From an uncultured virus (IMG/VR IMGVR_UViG_3300027797_000014) (Duplodnaviria; Heunggongvirae; Uroviricota; Caudoviricetes), in IMG/VR virus record IMGVR_UViG_3300027797_000014: a stretch of 55,085 nucleotides of DNA; one strand, given 5' to 3'. This document shows positions 25,179 through 34,695 of the stretch, piece by piece. The notes under the pieces are model-generated. The model was given only the letters and a program-made list of their open reading frames with translations. It was not told the DNA's origin and did not search any database. A program made the position numbers and the translations under genes. Every line of letters begins with the position of its first letter. Position 1 is the first letter of the stretch.

Positions 25179-26102
25179 ATGAAGATGCTAAAAAGGGGGG
25201 ATTCTGGACCTGATGTCCAGACCCTCCAATCTAAACTCTTATTAAAGCAGGATGCGCAGTTTGGACCGGCAACAGAAAAAGCTGTAATTAGATTCCAACT
25301 ATCCAATAATCTTCCAGTTACAGGAATAGTAGATGCAGACATGTGGACATTGTTGTTTAACAAAGTACCTACATTGCAAGAAGCTATTGATGAAGACTCA
25401 GATATATTTGGTCAATACTTTAAAACTAATTATGATCAAATAATTCATAAGCATTATTTGTCTCCTAAAGAATACATTAAAGGGCCTATTAAAAATGAAT
25501 ATATATTTTTACATCATACGGCAGGTGGAAATAATCCATATGCTTGTGTTGATATGTGGAATACAGATGATAGGGGTCAAATAGCAACTGAGTTTGTTTT
25601 AGGTGGTAAAAGTCACCGTAATGGTGATGCTAAATATGATGGTCAAATGGTTCAAGCTTTTCCAACAGGAAGTCAAGGTTGGCATTTAGGTTTAACTAAA
25701 TCAGGTTGGATGAATAGACACTCTGTAGGTTTAGAAATTTGTTCAATGGGACAATTAACTAAAGATTATAAAACCTATGTGGGAACTGTTGCTCACCCAG
25801 ATGAAGTAACAACATTAAAAGAAGCATTTAGAGGATTTTTAAATTGGCATGCATATTCTGAGAAACAAATTAAAGAAACTGAAAAGTGGATTAAGTATGT
25901 TGCTGAAAGAGATAGTATTGATGTAAGGTTGGGTTTAAAACAACTTATAGCAAAACATGGTGCCATTAAAGGATTTGAATATAATGAAGATGCTGCTAGT
26001 GGTAAAATCAAAGGATTGTTAACACATACCAATGTAAGAAAGGATAAGTTTGATTGCTATCCTCACCCTGACTTAGTTGATATGATAATGAGTTTAAAAT
26101 AA
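25179..26102 (+). CDS. Endolysin: PG-binding domain plus N-acetylmuramoyl-L-alanine amidase (Amidase_2)
   Basis: LKRGDSGPDV..LQ..FGPATEKAVIRFQ...TGIVD; IFLHHTAG, GWHLG, SVGLEIC, THTNVRKDKFDC. Confidence 0.9.
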   Translation: MKMLKRGDSGPDVQTLQSKLLLKQDAQFGPATEKAVIRFQLSNNLPVTGIVDADMWTLLFNKVPTLQEAIDEDSDIFGQYFKTNYDQIIHKHYLSPKEYIKGPIKNEYIFLHHTAGGNNPYACVDMWNTDDRGQIATEFVLGGKSHRNGDAKYDGQMVQAFPTGSQGWHLGLTKSGWMNRHSVGLEICSMGQLTKDYKTYVGTVAHPDEVTTLKEAFRGFLNWHAYSEKQIKETEKWIKYVAERDSIDVRLGLKQLIAKHGAIKGFEYNEDAASGKIKGLLTHTNVRKDKFDCYPHPDLVDMIMSLK

Positions 26103-26473
26103 TGGCTATAGTAAACAAAGTAGATTTAAAATTACAAGTAGATATTAATGAAACCATTAAGTATCAGATACTTACGTATTGTTTTTTTGAAAATATTTTA
26201 ATTAGTAATTCAGATCTTAAATGTTTAATGGAATTATCCAAGCAACCAAAAATTGAATTAACTAAATTTTGTATATTTTTAACTGAACAAGAAATATTTA
26301 AAAGTCCACAATCAGCTAGGAATGCTTTAGCAAAAGCAGAAAAGAAAAAATTAATAGTAAAGAATGGTGTAAATAAAAAGACTATTTCAATTAATAAAAC
26401 TATTAATGTTCAAATAGATGGTTTGGTATTGTTAGACTATAAGATACTAGGCCGTGAATCCCAAGAAGCATAA
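26102..26473 (+). CDS. Hypothetical (possible wHTH) protein
   Basis: 123 aa, SPQSARNALAKAEKKKLI. Confidence 0.7.
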   Translation: MAIVNKVDLKLQVDINETIKYQILTYCFFENILISNSDLKCLMELSKQPKIELTKFCIFLTEQEIFKSPQSARNALAKAEKKKLIVKNGVNKKTISINKTINVQIDGLVLLDYKILGRESQEA

Positions 26474-26807
26474 GGACTTTAAAGAGGGTATAGCTGATGA
26501 AGTTGGTGTACACCCACAAGTAGTAGATGATTTTATATCTTTTTATTTTAGTAAATTAAGAAAAAAATTATCTGCACTGGAATATCCCAGGATAAACGTA
26601 GATGGATTGGGGACCTTTTATTTAAGAAAGACTAAATTAGAAAACTCAATTAAAAAAAATAAAAGTATGCTGGGTAATTTGACTAAAAGAACATACAATG
26701 GTTATGCTCAAAGTGAAACTATACAAAGCAATATTGAACAAATGTGTAAAGCATTAGATCAAATGGAAGCAGATATATTAACAAAAAAACAATTTAAAAT
26801 AAAGTAA
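26454..26807 (+). CDS. HU/IHF-like DNA-binding protein
   Basis: IADEVGV...VDDFI...RINVDGLGTFYL. Confidence 0.7.
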   Translation: MNPKKHKDFKEGIADEVGVHPQVVDDFISFYFSKLRKKLSALEYPRINVDGLGTFYLRKTKLENSIKKNKSMLGNLTKRTYNGYAQSETIQSNIEQMCKALDQMEADILTKKQFKIK

Positions 26808-26808
26808 T

Positions 26809-27129
26809 ATGAATGGTAAATGGAAAAAATACTTGAATGCATTTAAAAATGCAGATCATATTGTTGAAGGAATTAAAAATAATATATTTAAACAAGAGCA
26901 TATTGAAGCTGTAGCTACAGATAGATTTCAAGTATGCATCAAGTGTTCTTTATTTGATGCTTCTGGAGATCATTGTTTAGCTCCAGGTACACAACCTTGT
27001 TGTTCAGATTGTGGATGTAGTCTTGCATTTAAAGTCAGGTCATTATCAACCTCTTGTCCTAAAGGATTTTGGGATTCTTTAATGACTGAAGAGTTAGAAG
27101 AAAAAGTAAATCAACAAATTAAAAATTAA
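26809..27129 (+). CDS. Cys-rich metal-binding protein
   Basis: CIKC...C..CCSDCGC..K.R....CPKGFW. Confidence 0.75.
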   Translation: MNGKWKKYLNAFKNADHIVEGIKNNIFKQEHIEAVATDRFQVCIKCSLFDASGDHCLAPGTQPCCSDCGCSLAFKVRSLSTSCPKGFWDSLMTEELEEKVNQQIKN

Positions 27130-27133
27130 AATT

Positions 27134-27382
27134 ATGACAGTATCAGAAATAGTAAATCATCTTTTAGAATATAAAATGATAACTACAGAAGCAGCATCAG
27201 TTCTTTTACAAGCTGAAATTAAAGCTATGATGTTTGATAAACAAGATAGAAATACTAATACAGTATTTCAACCCTTTCTTGGTGTACCTAATGGTACTAC
27301 TGCAAATCCATATTATTATTCTACAACAACTAATGATCCTATAGTAGGTACTTTATCAAATGAACTTTTAAAAGTAAAATAA
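27134..27382 (+). CDS. Hypothetical protein
   Basis: 82 aa ORF. Confidence 0.7.
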   Translation: MTVSEIVNHLLEYKMITTEAASVLLQAEIKAMMFDKQDRNTNTVFQPFLGVPNGTTANPYYYSTTTNDPIVGTLSNELLKVK

Positions 27383-28194
27383 TGGCTATAATATTTAAAG
27401 AAGATGGACACACTTATGAAAGTGTAGAAGAGGATAACATCCAATGGTTAAGTGTTACATCTCTTGTAAGTAAGTTTAAGCCTAAGTTTGATAAAGAAGG
27501 ACAGGCTAAAAAATCCGCAAAGAATAAAAAGTCTAAGTGGTATGGTATGACTGCAGAACAAATAATAGAGGCTTGGGATAATGAAACAGAAAGAGCCATT
27601 AATCTTGGTAATTTCTATCATAATCAAAGAGAATCTGATATGCTTGATTTTAAAACTATTGAGCGTAATGGAATTGAAGTACCTATTATCAAACCACTTA
27701 TAAATGATGAGGGTATTAAATTAGCACCAGAACAAAAACTAACTGATGGTGTATATCCAGAGCATTTAGTTTATTTAAAATCTGTAGGACTTTGTGGCCA
27801 AGCAGATGTTGTAGAAGTTGTAGATGGTTATATTAATATCAATGATTATAAGACCAATAAAGAAATTAAAGAAAAGGGATATACTAATTGGGAGGGTATT
27901 ACAAGTAAAATGTTTAAACCTATTAATCACTTAGATGATTGTAATTTAATACATTATTCTTTACAGCTCAGTATTTATGCGTATATTATTAAAAAGCATA
28001 ACCCTTCTTTAAAGATTGGTAAACTTACAATTCAACATGTTAAGTTTAAACAGATTGGTGAAGACGCAAATGGATATCCAATAAATGAACACTATAATGG
28101 AGAACCTATTTTAGATGAAATCAAAATGTATGAAGTTCCCTATTTGAAAGATGAAGTTAATTCATTAATGATGTGGTTAAAAGATAATAAGTAA
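27382..28194 (+). CDS. PD-(D/E)XK (Cas4-like) nuclease
   Basis: SVTSLV, GNFYH, GQADVV, DYKTNK, YSLQLSIY. Confidence 0.85.
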   Translation: MAIIFKEDGHTYESVEEDNIQWLSVTSLVSKFKPKFDKEGQAKKSAKNKKSKWYGMTAEQIIEAWDNETERAINLGNFYHNQRESDMLDFKTIERNGIEVPIIKPLINDEGIKLAPEQKLTDGVYPEHLVYLKSVGLCGQADVVEVVDGYININDYKTNKEIKEKGYTNWEGITSKMFKPINHLDDCNLIHYSLQLSIYAYIIKKHNPSLKIGKLTIQHVKFKQIGEDANGYPINEHYNGEPILDEIKMYEVPYLKDEVNSLMMWLKDNK

Positions 28195-28198
28195 AATT

Positions 28199-28447
28199 AT
28201 GGCAAAAAAAGAATTTATATTAGCATTGGCGGTACAGTCAAAATATTCTAAAGTTCCAACAGACTTTAGATTTGAAAATACTAAAATCACAATTGAACTA
28301 GATGATGTATGTTATTTTAAAGAATACTTTCATCATGCTACAGATAAACATCAAAAAGACTACACTGATGTATTATTGAAAGGTTCATTAAATCCAGTTA
28401 CTTTAAAAATTGGATATGATGATTTTAAAGAACTATTTAAAAAATAA
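28199..28447 (+). CDS. Hypothetical protein
   Basis: 82 aa ORF. Confidence 0.7.
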   Translation: MAKKEFILALAVQSKYSKVPTDFRFENTKITIELDDVCYFKEYFHHATDKHQKDYTDVLLKGSLNPVTLKIGYDDFKELFKK

Positions 28448-28452
28448 CAATT

Positions 28453-28725
28453 ATGGCAAGCGTAACAATTACACAAGTACAATTACAAAATCAACCAGGA
28501 AATAGTCCCGCTGTTCCAACATCCTTATATTGGAGTACAGATACTCAAAAACCAATGAGTATAAATCCAATTAATATTGTTGCAGTGGGTTATGTTTGGG
28601 ATGCTGTAGCAAATGATTATGTACCGGGTTTAGTACAAATATTTTTACTTGGTTCTGTAACAGTAATTTATAGTTCAAACTCTTATGCATCAATAGTTGC
28701 ATTTATGAATCCAACATTAACTTAA
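28453..28725 (+). CDS. Hypothetical protein
   Basis: 90 aa ORF. Confidence 0.7.
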   Translation: MASVTITQVQLQNQPGNSPAVPTSLYWSTDTQKPMSINPINIVAVGYVWDAVANDYVPGLVQIFLLGSVTVIYSSNSYASIVAFMNPTLT

Positions 28726-28727
28726 TT

Positions 28728-29246
28728 ATGTTAGTAAGACTATTTGACATCCAGAACAGCAAAGTAATACCATCAGAACATTGCTATGCTTTACCTTTTT
28801 TAAATGCTATTATGGAAAATTATCCTGATAGTTATTTAAAAATCTATCAGTACATATTCTACATGAGCTGTCCTAATCCAGATATGAATCCTTTTTTTAA
28901 CATTCCAGAACATGATAAAGAAGATATTATTATTGAAGAAGTTCAATTAGAAGATTCACCAGAAGATCCTAAAATAAGATATGCACTAGACATGTGTTAT
29001 AAGTTATATGAAACACCTACATTCAGAGCTTACAAAGGCATTAAATCAATGCTTGATAGATTAGCTAAATACATGGAAGTAACTGCCATTGAACATGGTA
29101 GAGATGGTAACATAAACTCTATGGTAAATGCTGCATCTAAATTTGAACAAATTAGACAATCATATAAAGGAGCCTTTATTGATATGAAACAAGAACAAGA
29201 GAGTTCTGTACGTGGTGGTGCAGGATTAGCATATGACCAAGTGTAA
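28728..29246 (+). CDS. Conserved pre-terminase protein (candidate terminase small subunit)
   Basis: 172 aa helical protein just upstream of TerL, ending SVRGG..AYDQ; call is positional. Confidence 0.5.
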   Translation: MLVRLFDIQNSKVIPSEHCYALPFLNAIMENYPDSYLKIYQYIFYMSCPNPDMNPFFNIPEHDKEDIIIEEVQLEDSPEDPKIRYALDMCYKLYETPTFRAYKGIKSMLDRLAKYMEVTAIEHGRDGNINSMVNAASKFEQIRQSYKGAFIDMKQEQESSVRGGAGLAYDQV

Positions 29247-29339
29247 TGAAAGAGAAAGTAATAAAGTGGAACTTTCTTTATTGGGATGAGCCAATTGATG
29301 AACCAATTAATGATAAAATAAATATTAAAATAAAAAAAA

Positions 29340-29618
29340 ATGATACAACAAGTAATACCAGTAGGGAAAAAATTATTAATAAAACAAAAAAAAGCTGAAA
29401 CATTTTTTAAAAACACAACTATTATCATACCTGATGCAGCTCAAAAATTTGAAAATAAAGGTACTGTAGTAGCTGTGGGTGAAGGCATTACAGAAATTAA
29501 AATAGGTGATGTAGTTCAATATAGTGATCATTGCTTACCAACATCTATGATGCATGATAATGAAGAACATTTACTGATCCATGAAGGTGATGTATTTGCA
29601 AAATTCAAGTATGTATAA
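29340..29618 (+). CDS. groES: Co-chaperonin GroES (Cpn10)
   Basis: IPVGKKLLIK, IIIPD, GTVVAVGEG, IKIGDVV, LLIHEGDV. Confidence 0.9.
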   Translation: MIQQVIPVGKKLLIKQKKAETFFKNTTIIIPDAAQKFENKGTVVAVGEGITEIKIGDVVQYSDHCLPTSMMHDNEEHLLIHEGDVFAKFKYV

Positions 29619-31797
29619 ATCTATACCTACATATAAAAACAGTTCTTGGACAACTACAGAATTTGAAACCAGGCAAGACTTTATAGACTATGTTTTAAGT
29701 ATATTTAATGTTCCTGGGCATTATGAGTTCAATAAACTTTCTTTTAAGTTTAATGAGCAAGCTCAAATATTTAATCAACAAGGGTTCTATTGTAATAAAC
29801 CATTTAGGTCTAAAGATTTTACTGACTATTGGGAAGATCAAAAGATCAAATGTAGAGAAGGGGTTATCTATGATGATGGAAATAAAAGCTGGTATTTAAC
29901 CAGAGATTATTACATGTGGTTAAACTTCTTACCAATCTTTGATAAGGAAGAAAAGAAATATGGTTTTGCTAAAGTACGTGATGCTCAGTATCATATGGCT
30001 TTATATGAACAACTTGCAGAACTACACTACAAACATTCAGCTATATTAAAGAAACGTCAGATAGCATCTTCATACTTTCACATGGGTAAAATTATTAATA
30101 CCTATTGGTTTGAGGAAGGAAGTATTTGTAAGATTGGGGCATCCCTTAAAGATTTTATAAATGACAAAGGTTCATGGAAGTTTTTAGATGAATACAAAAC
30201 ATTCTTAAATGAACATACTGCTTGGTATAGACCAAGTAATCCTGAAAAGGTTTTGTTATGGCAACAGCAAATTGAAGTTAAAATTGGTAATAGAAAAACA
30301 GCAAGAGGATTAAAGTCAAAAATACAAGGAGGTTCATTTGAAAAAAATGCAACTACTGGAGTAGGTGGACCATGTTCTTATTTCTTTCATGAGGAAGCAG
30401 GTATTGCTCCAAAGATGTCTGAGACATATGAGTACTTACGTCCTGCTATGTCTTCAGGTATGATTACTACAGGTATGTTTATTGCTGCCGGTTCAGTGGG
30501 AGATTTAGAACAATGTAATCCTTTGAAAGAAATGATTACTAATCCAGTAGCAAATGACATATATGCCGTTGAAACTGATCTTATTGATGCAGATGGTACA
30601 ATAGGTATGGCTGGATTGTTTATACCAGAACAATGGTCAATGCCTCCATATATTGATGACTATGGAAACTCATTAGTAAAAGAAGCTGAAGCAGCAATCA
30701 ATGAAGAAAGAGAAAGATGGAAGAATGAATTAAATGGTGAACAGTTTCAATTAAGGATATCTCAGAAACCTTTAAATATTGCTGAAGCATTTGCTTATAG
30801 AAAAGCATCTGTATTTCCACAAGGCATTCTAAGTAGACAACTAAAAAGAATTGAAGAAAAAGAATACCCTTATGAACTTATTGAATTAGATAGAGATGAG
30901 AAAGGTATCTTTGCTAAAAGAACAAACAAACTTCCAATCAGTAGATTCCCCGTAGACAAGAAACAAGTGGATAAGACGGGTAGTATTGTTGTTTGGGAAC
31001 GTCCAGTCAAGAGTCCAGAGTTTGGGGCTTATTACGCCTCTATTGACCCTGTATCAGAAGGTAAGACTACTACATCAGATTCCTTGTGTAGTATTTTTGT
31101 TTATAAGAATGCAACAGAGGTTACGAGAACTATGATATCTGGAGATGTAGAACAATTTTTAGAAAAAGATAAAATTGTAGCATCATGGTGTGGTAGATTT
31201 GATGATATAAATAAAACACATGAAAGATTAGAATTAATTATAGAATGGTATAATGCCTGGACTATAGTTGAGAATAACATATCTTTGTTCATACAACATA
31301 TGATTTCTAGAAAGAAACAAAGATACTTAGTACCTAAACAACAAATATTATTCTTAAAAGATCTTGGTTCAAACAATACTGTATACCAAGAATATGGATG
31401 GAAGAATACAGGTACATTATTTAAAAGTCATTTGATTTCATATGCAATTGAGTTTTTAAGAGAAGTTATAGATGAAGAAACTGATGTTGGTGGTATTGTT
31501 ACAAGTCAAACATTAGGTGTTGAAAGAATACCTGATGGAATGCTTATAAAAGAAATGCTAGCCTATTATCCTGGACTCAACGTGGATAGACTTGTGGCAT
31601 TTGGAGCCTTAATAGCTTTTGTAAAAATACAACAATCAAACAGAGGTTTTTCAAAAAGACGTGAATCTGAAGAAAAATCTTTGGTAAATTCAGAAAATTT
31701 GTATAAATTAAAGTATAGTCCGTTTAAAAATATTGGACGTAGTGGAAACAATACTGGAAATACAATTAAAAGATCAGGCTTCAAAAATTATAAATAA
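29611..31797 (+). CDS. terL: Terminase large subunit
   Basis: KKRQIASSY, FFHEEAG, AGSVG ATPase motifs; nuclease SIDPV, DSLCS, VENN, NVDRL; start probably MYKSIP at 29611. Confidence 0.92.
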   Translation: MYKSIPTYKNSSWTTTEFETRQDFIDYVLSIFNVPGHYEFNKLSFKFNEQAQIFNQQGFYCNKPFRSKDFTDYWEDQKIKCREGVIYDDGNKSWYLTRDYYMWLNFLPIFDKEEKKYGFAKVRDAQYHMALYEQLAELHYKHSAILKKRQIASSYFHMGKIINTYWFEEGSICKIGASLKDFINDKGSWKFLDEYKTFLNEHTAWYRPSNPEKVLLWQQQIEVKIGNRKTARGLKSKIQGGSFEKNATTGVGGPCSYFFHEEAGIAPKMSETYEYLRPAMSSGMITTGMFIAAGSVGDLEQCNPLKEMITNPVANDIYAVETDLIDADGTIGMAGLFIPEQWSMPPYIDDYGNSLVKEAEAAINEERERWKNELNGEQFQLRISQKPLNIAEAFAYRKASVFPQGILSRQLKRIEEKEYPYELIELDRDEKGIFAKRTNKLPISRFPVDKKQVDKTGSIVVWERPVKSPEFGAYYASIDPVSEGKTTTSDSLCSIFVYKNATEVTRTMISGDVEQFLEKDKIVASWCGRFDDINKTHERLELIIEWYNAWTIVENNISLFIQHMISRKKQRYLVPKQQILFLKDLGSNNTVYQEYGWKNTGTLFKSHLISYAIEFLREVIDEETDVGGIVTSQTLGVERIPDGMLIKEMLAYYPGLNVDRLVAFGALIAFVKIQQSNRGFSKRRESEEKSLVNSENLYKLKYSPFKNIGRSGNNTGNTIKRSGFKNYK

Positions 31798-31818
31798 ATT
31801 AACTAAATTAAATTTAGA

Positions 31819-34566
31819 ATGAAAGTACTTAATGCAATGCAGTTAAAGGCTGGTGCAAAAAAAACAGAAGGACCTACCTTTTCTAGTTTAACGCAACCTA
31901 TTCAATTTTTACCTTACTCTGAAAAAACAGATGATTGGGCAGCGTGGAATTTAGATTGGTTAGAACTTCAAGGTATTCAATTTTTGAAACTTAGTGCCAG
32001 AAGACTTTTAAAAAATTATAAATTAGCTAAAGGAATTATAGATAAAACAGACTATATAGTTGAACCTGATAATGACTATAAAGATTTAATGGATGTTTTA
32101 ACTAAAGAAAATGATTCAGCTTTAGAACTTAAATTTTATCCTATTATCCCAAATGTAATTAATGTATTGAGTGGAGAGTTTTCAAAAAGATACAATAAAG
32201 TACAGTTCAGAGCGGTTGATGATAGATCATATAATGAAATGCTTGAAGCAAAAAGAATGCAAGTTGAAGAAGCTTTACTTGCAGATGCTGAAAGAAATTT
32301 AGTACAAAAGATGATTAAAATGGGAATGGACCCGGCATCTGATGAAGCTAAACAACAACTTGCTCCTGAAAATATTAAGACATTACCTGAGATTGAAGAC
32401 TTCTTTAGTAAGTCATATAGAAGTTCTGTTGAAGAGTGGGCAACCCATCAATTAAATGTTGATGAAGAAAGATTCAATATGCAAGAGCTTGAGGAAAGAG
32501 GCTTTAGAGATATGCTTATTGCTGATAGAGAGTTCTGGCATTTCCGTATGTTAGAAGATGATTATGATATTGAATTATGGAATCCTGTTTTAACATTCTA
32601 CCAAAAGTCTCCAGATCAAAGATATATTTCTGACTCAGCATATGTTGGTAAGATTGATTTAATGACGGTATCTGATGTTGTAGATAAATATGGATATTTA
32701 ATGAGCCAAGAACAATTGGAATCATTACAAAAAATTTATCCAGCAAGATCTGCTCAGTATCAAGTTAATGGATATCAAAATGATGGTTCTTATTATGATG
32801 CAACAAGATCACATGCATGGAATACTAATTCACCGGGTTTAGCTTATAGACAATATACAAGTAATTACATGGCAGATCCTGCCAGAGGAGGTGATATACT
32901 AAATCAAATTTTAGGGGAAAGTGAAGACTTAGCTTATTTTGGTGATGGTAATTTAATGAGAGTTTCTACAATTTATTGGAAGACTCAAAGAAAAATTGGA
33001 CACCTTACTAAGATAGAGTTTGATGGTGAAGTAACTCAGGAGATAGTTGATGAAACATTTAAAGTAACAGAAAAACCTGTTTATGATACATCAATTTTTA
33101 AAAATAAAACAAAAGACACTTTACTGCAAGGAGAACACCTTGATTGGATTTGGATTAATGAAATCTGGGGTGGTGTAAAAGTAGGACCAAATGTACCTGC
33201 AATGTGGAAGAGTTCAACTAGTAGTGAAATAAACCCTATTTATCTAGGTATTAATAGAACTAAACCAGGAAGACTACCATTCCAATTTAAAGGAAACAAT
33301 TCTTTATATGGTTGTAAATTACCTGTAGAAGGTAGAGTATTCTCTGATAGAAATACAAGATCTACTTCTTTAGTAGATTTAATGAAAGCATACCAAGTTG
33401 GATACAACATGGTTAATAATCAGATTGCTGATATCTTAATTGATGAATTAGGTACAGTAATTATGTTTGACCAGAATGCATTACCACGTCACTCTATGGG
33501 AGAAGATTGGGGTAAAAACAATTATGCTAAAGCATATGTAGCAATGAAGGATTTTCAAATGCTTCCTCTTGATACTTCAATTACTAATACAGAAAATGCT
33601 GTAAACTTCCAACACTACCAGACTCTAAACATGGAGCAAACTAGTAGATTAATGAGTAGAATACAATTAGCTAATTATTTCAAACAACAATGTTTTGATG
33701 CAATTGGTATTAATCCACAAAGATTAGGTGGTGCTATTTCAGCGGAAACAGCTACTGGAACATTGAATGCAATGCAACAATCATATGCTCAAACAGAAAT
33801 TTATTTTGTACAGCACTCTGATCACTTAATGCCAAGAGTACATCAAATGAGAACAGACTTAGCTCAGTTCTATTACAGTACTAATCCAAGCGTAAGATTA
33901 AGTTATATCTCTACTGAAGCAGAAAAGGTAAACTTTACAATCAATGGTACAGATCTTTTATTAAGAGATTTCAATGTATTTGCTACAACTAAAACAAATC
34001 ATAGAGCTATCCTTGAACAGTTAAAGCAAATGGCATTAACTAATAATACTACAGGTGCTAGTATATATGAACTAGGTAACATTGTTAAAGCAGATTCTAT
34101 TGGTGAAGTAACAGATATCTTAAAAGATTCTGAAGCAAGAATAACAGCTCAAAGACAAGAAGATATGCAACAACAACGTCAAATGCAAGAACAACAGTTA
34201 CAAGCACAGGCGCAGGAAGCACAAATGAAAGCTCAATTATTACAAGAAGAAGCTGATAAAGATAGACAAAATGATATCACTATTGCTGAAATCAGAGCTG
34301 CTGGATATGGAGCTGCTGTTGATGTAAATAAAAATGAGGTAAGTGATTATCAAGACGCACTAAAAGATATTCAACAGACAACTCAATATAGAGAGCAAAT
34401 GAATATGAAACGTGAGGAGATGGTAAGTAAGTCATCTACAGAAACTCAGAAACTTCAAGTTGAAAGAGAAAGAATTGCAGCACAAACACAGATAGCAAAA
34501 ACGCAGTTAGATATAGCCATACAGAACAAAAATAAGTATGATGCTAAAAAACCAAAAGATAAATAA
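31819..34566 (+). CDS. Portal protein
   Basis: 915 aa, directly after TerL; YPIIPNVINVLSGE, GINPQRLG.I, Q-rich C-terminal coiled coil as in crAss-like portals. Confidence 0.9.
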   Translation: MKVLNAMQLKAGAKKTEGPTFSSLTQPIQFLPYSEKTDDWAAWNLDWLELQGIQFLKLSARRLLKNYKLAKGIIDKTDYIVEPDNDYKDLMDVLTKENDSALELKFYPIIPNVINVLSGEFSKRYNKVQFRAVDDRSYNEMLEAKRMQVEEALLADAERNLVQKMIKMGMDPASDEAKQQLAPENIKTLPEIEDFFSKSYRSSVEEWATHQLNVDEERFNMQELEERGFRDMLIADREFWHFRMLEDDYDIELWNPVLTFYQKSPDQRYISDSAYVGKIDLMTVSDVVDKYGYLMSQEQLESLQKIYPARSAQYQVNGYQNDGSYYDATRSHAWNTNSPGLAYRQYTSNYMADPARGGDILNQILGESEDLAYFGDGNLMRVSTIYWKTQRKIGHLTKIEFDGEVTQEIVDETFKVTEKPVYDTSIFKNKTKDTLLQGEHLDWIWINEIWGGVKVGPNVPAMWKSSTSSEINPIYLGINRTKPGRLPFQFKGNNSLYGCKLPVEGRVFSDRNTRSTSLVDLMKAYQVGYNMVNNQIADILIDELGTVIMFDQNALPRHSMGEDWGKNNYAKAYVAMKDFQMLPLDTSITNTENAVNFQHYQTLNMEQTSRLMSRIQLANYFKQQCFDAIGINPQRLGGAISAETATGTLNAMQQSYAQTEIYFVQHSDHLMPRVHQMRTDLAQFYYSTNPSVRLSYISTEAEKVNFTINGTDLLLRDFNVFATTKTNHRAILEQLKQMALTNNTTGASIYELGNIVKADSIGEVTDILKDSEARITAQRQEDMQQQRQMQEQQLQAQAQEAQMKAQLLQEEADKDRQNDITIAEIRAAGYGAAVDVNKNEVSDYQDALKDIQQTTQYREQMNMKREEMVSKSSTETQKLQVERERIAAQTQIAKTQLDIAIQNKNKYDAKKPKDK

Positions 34567-34695
34567 TTTGCGTTAGCTATATACTGCAAAAAACTTTACC
34601 ATATTATCAAATATAATAAGTTTAGCATGATGTAAACTAAATAAAGAATTACTATATTATATATATAAAGTATTAATTATTAAACCAACAATAAG

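Noticed and set aside
27382..28194. cas4 of a CRISPR system
   Set aside because: A solo PD-(D/E)XK nuclease in the packaging module, without the four-Cys Fe-S pattern or any array
29246..29398. 50-aa ORF coupled to the pre-terminase gene
   Set aside because: It has a TAATG overlap, but the second half is A-tract low complexity and overlaps groES by ~60 nt; too weak to call
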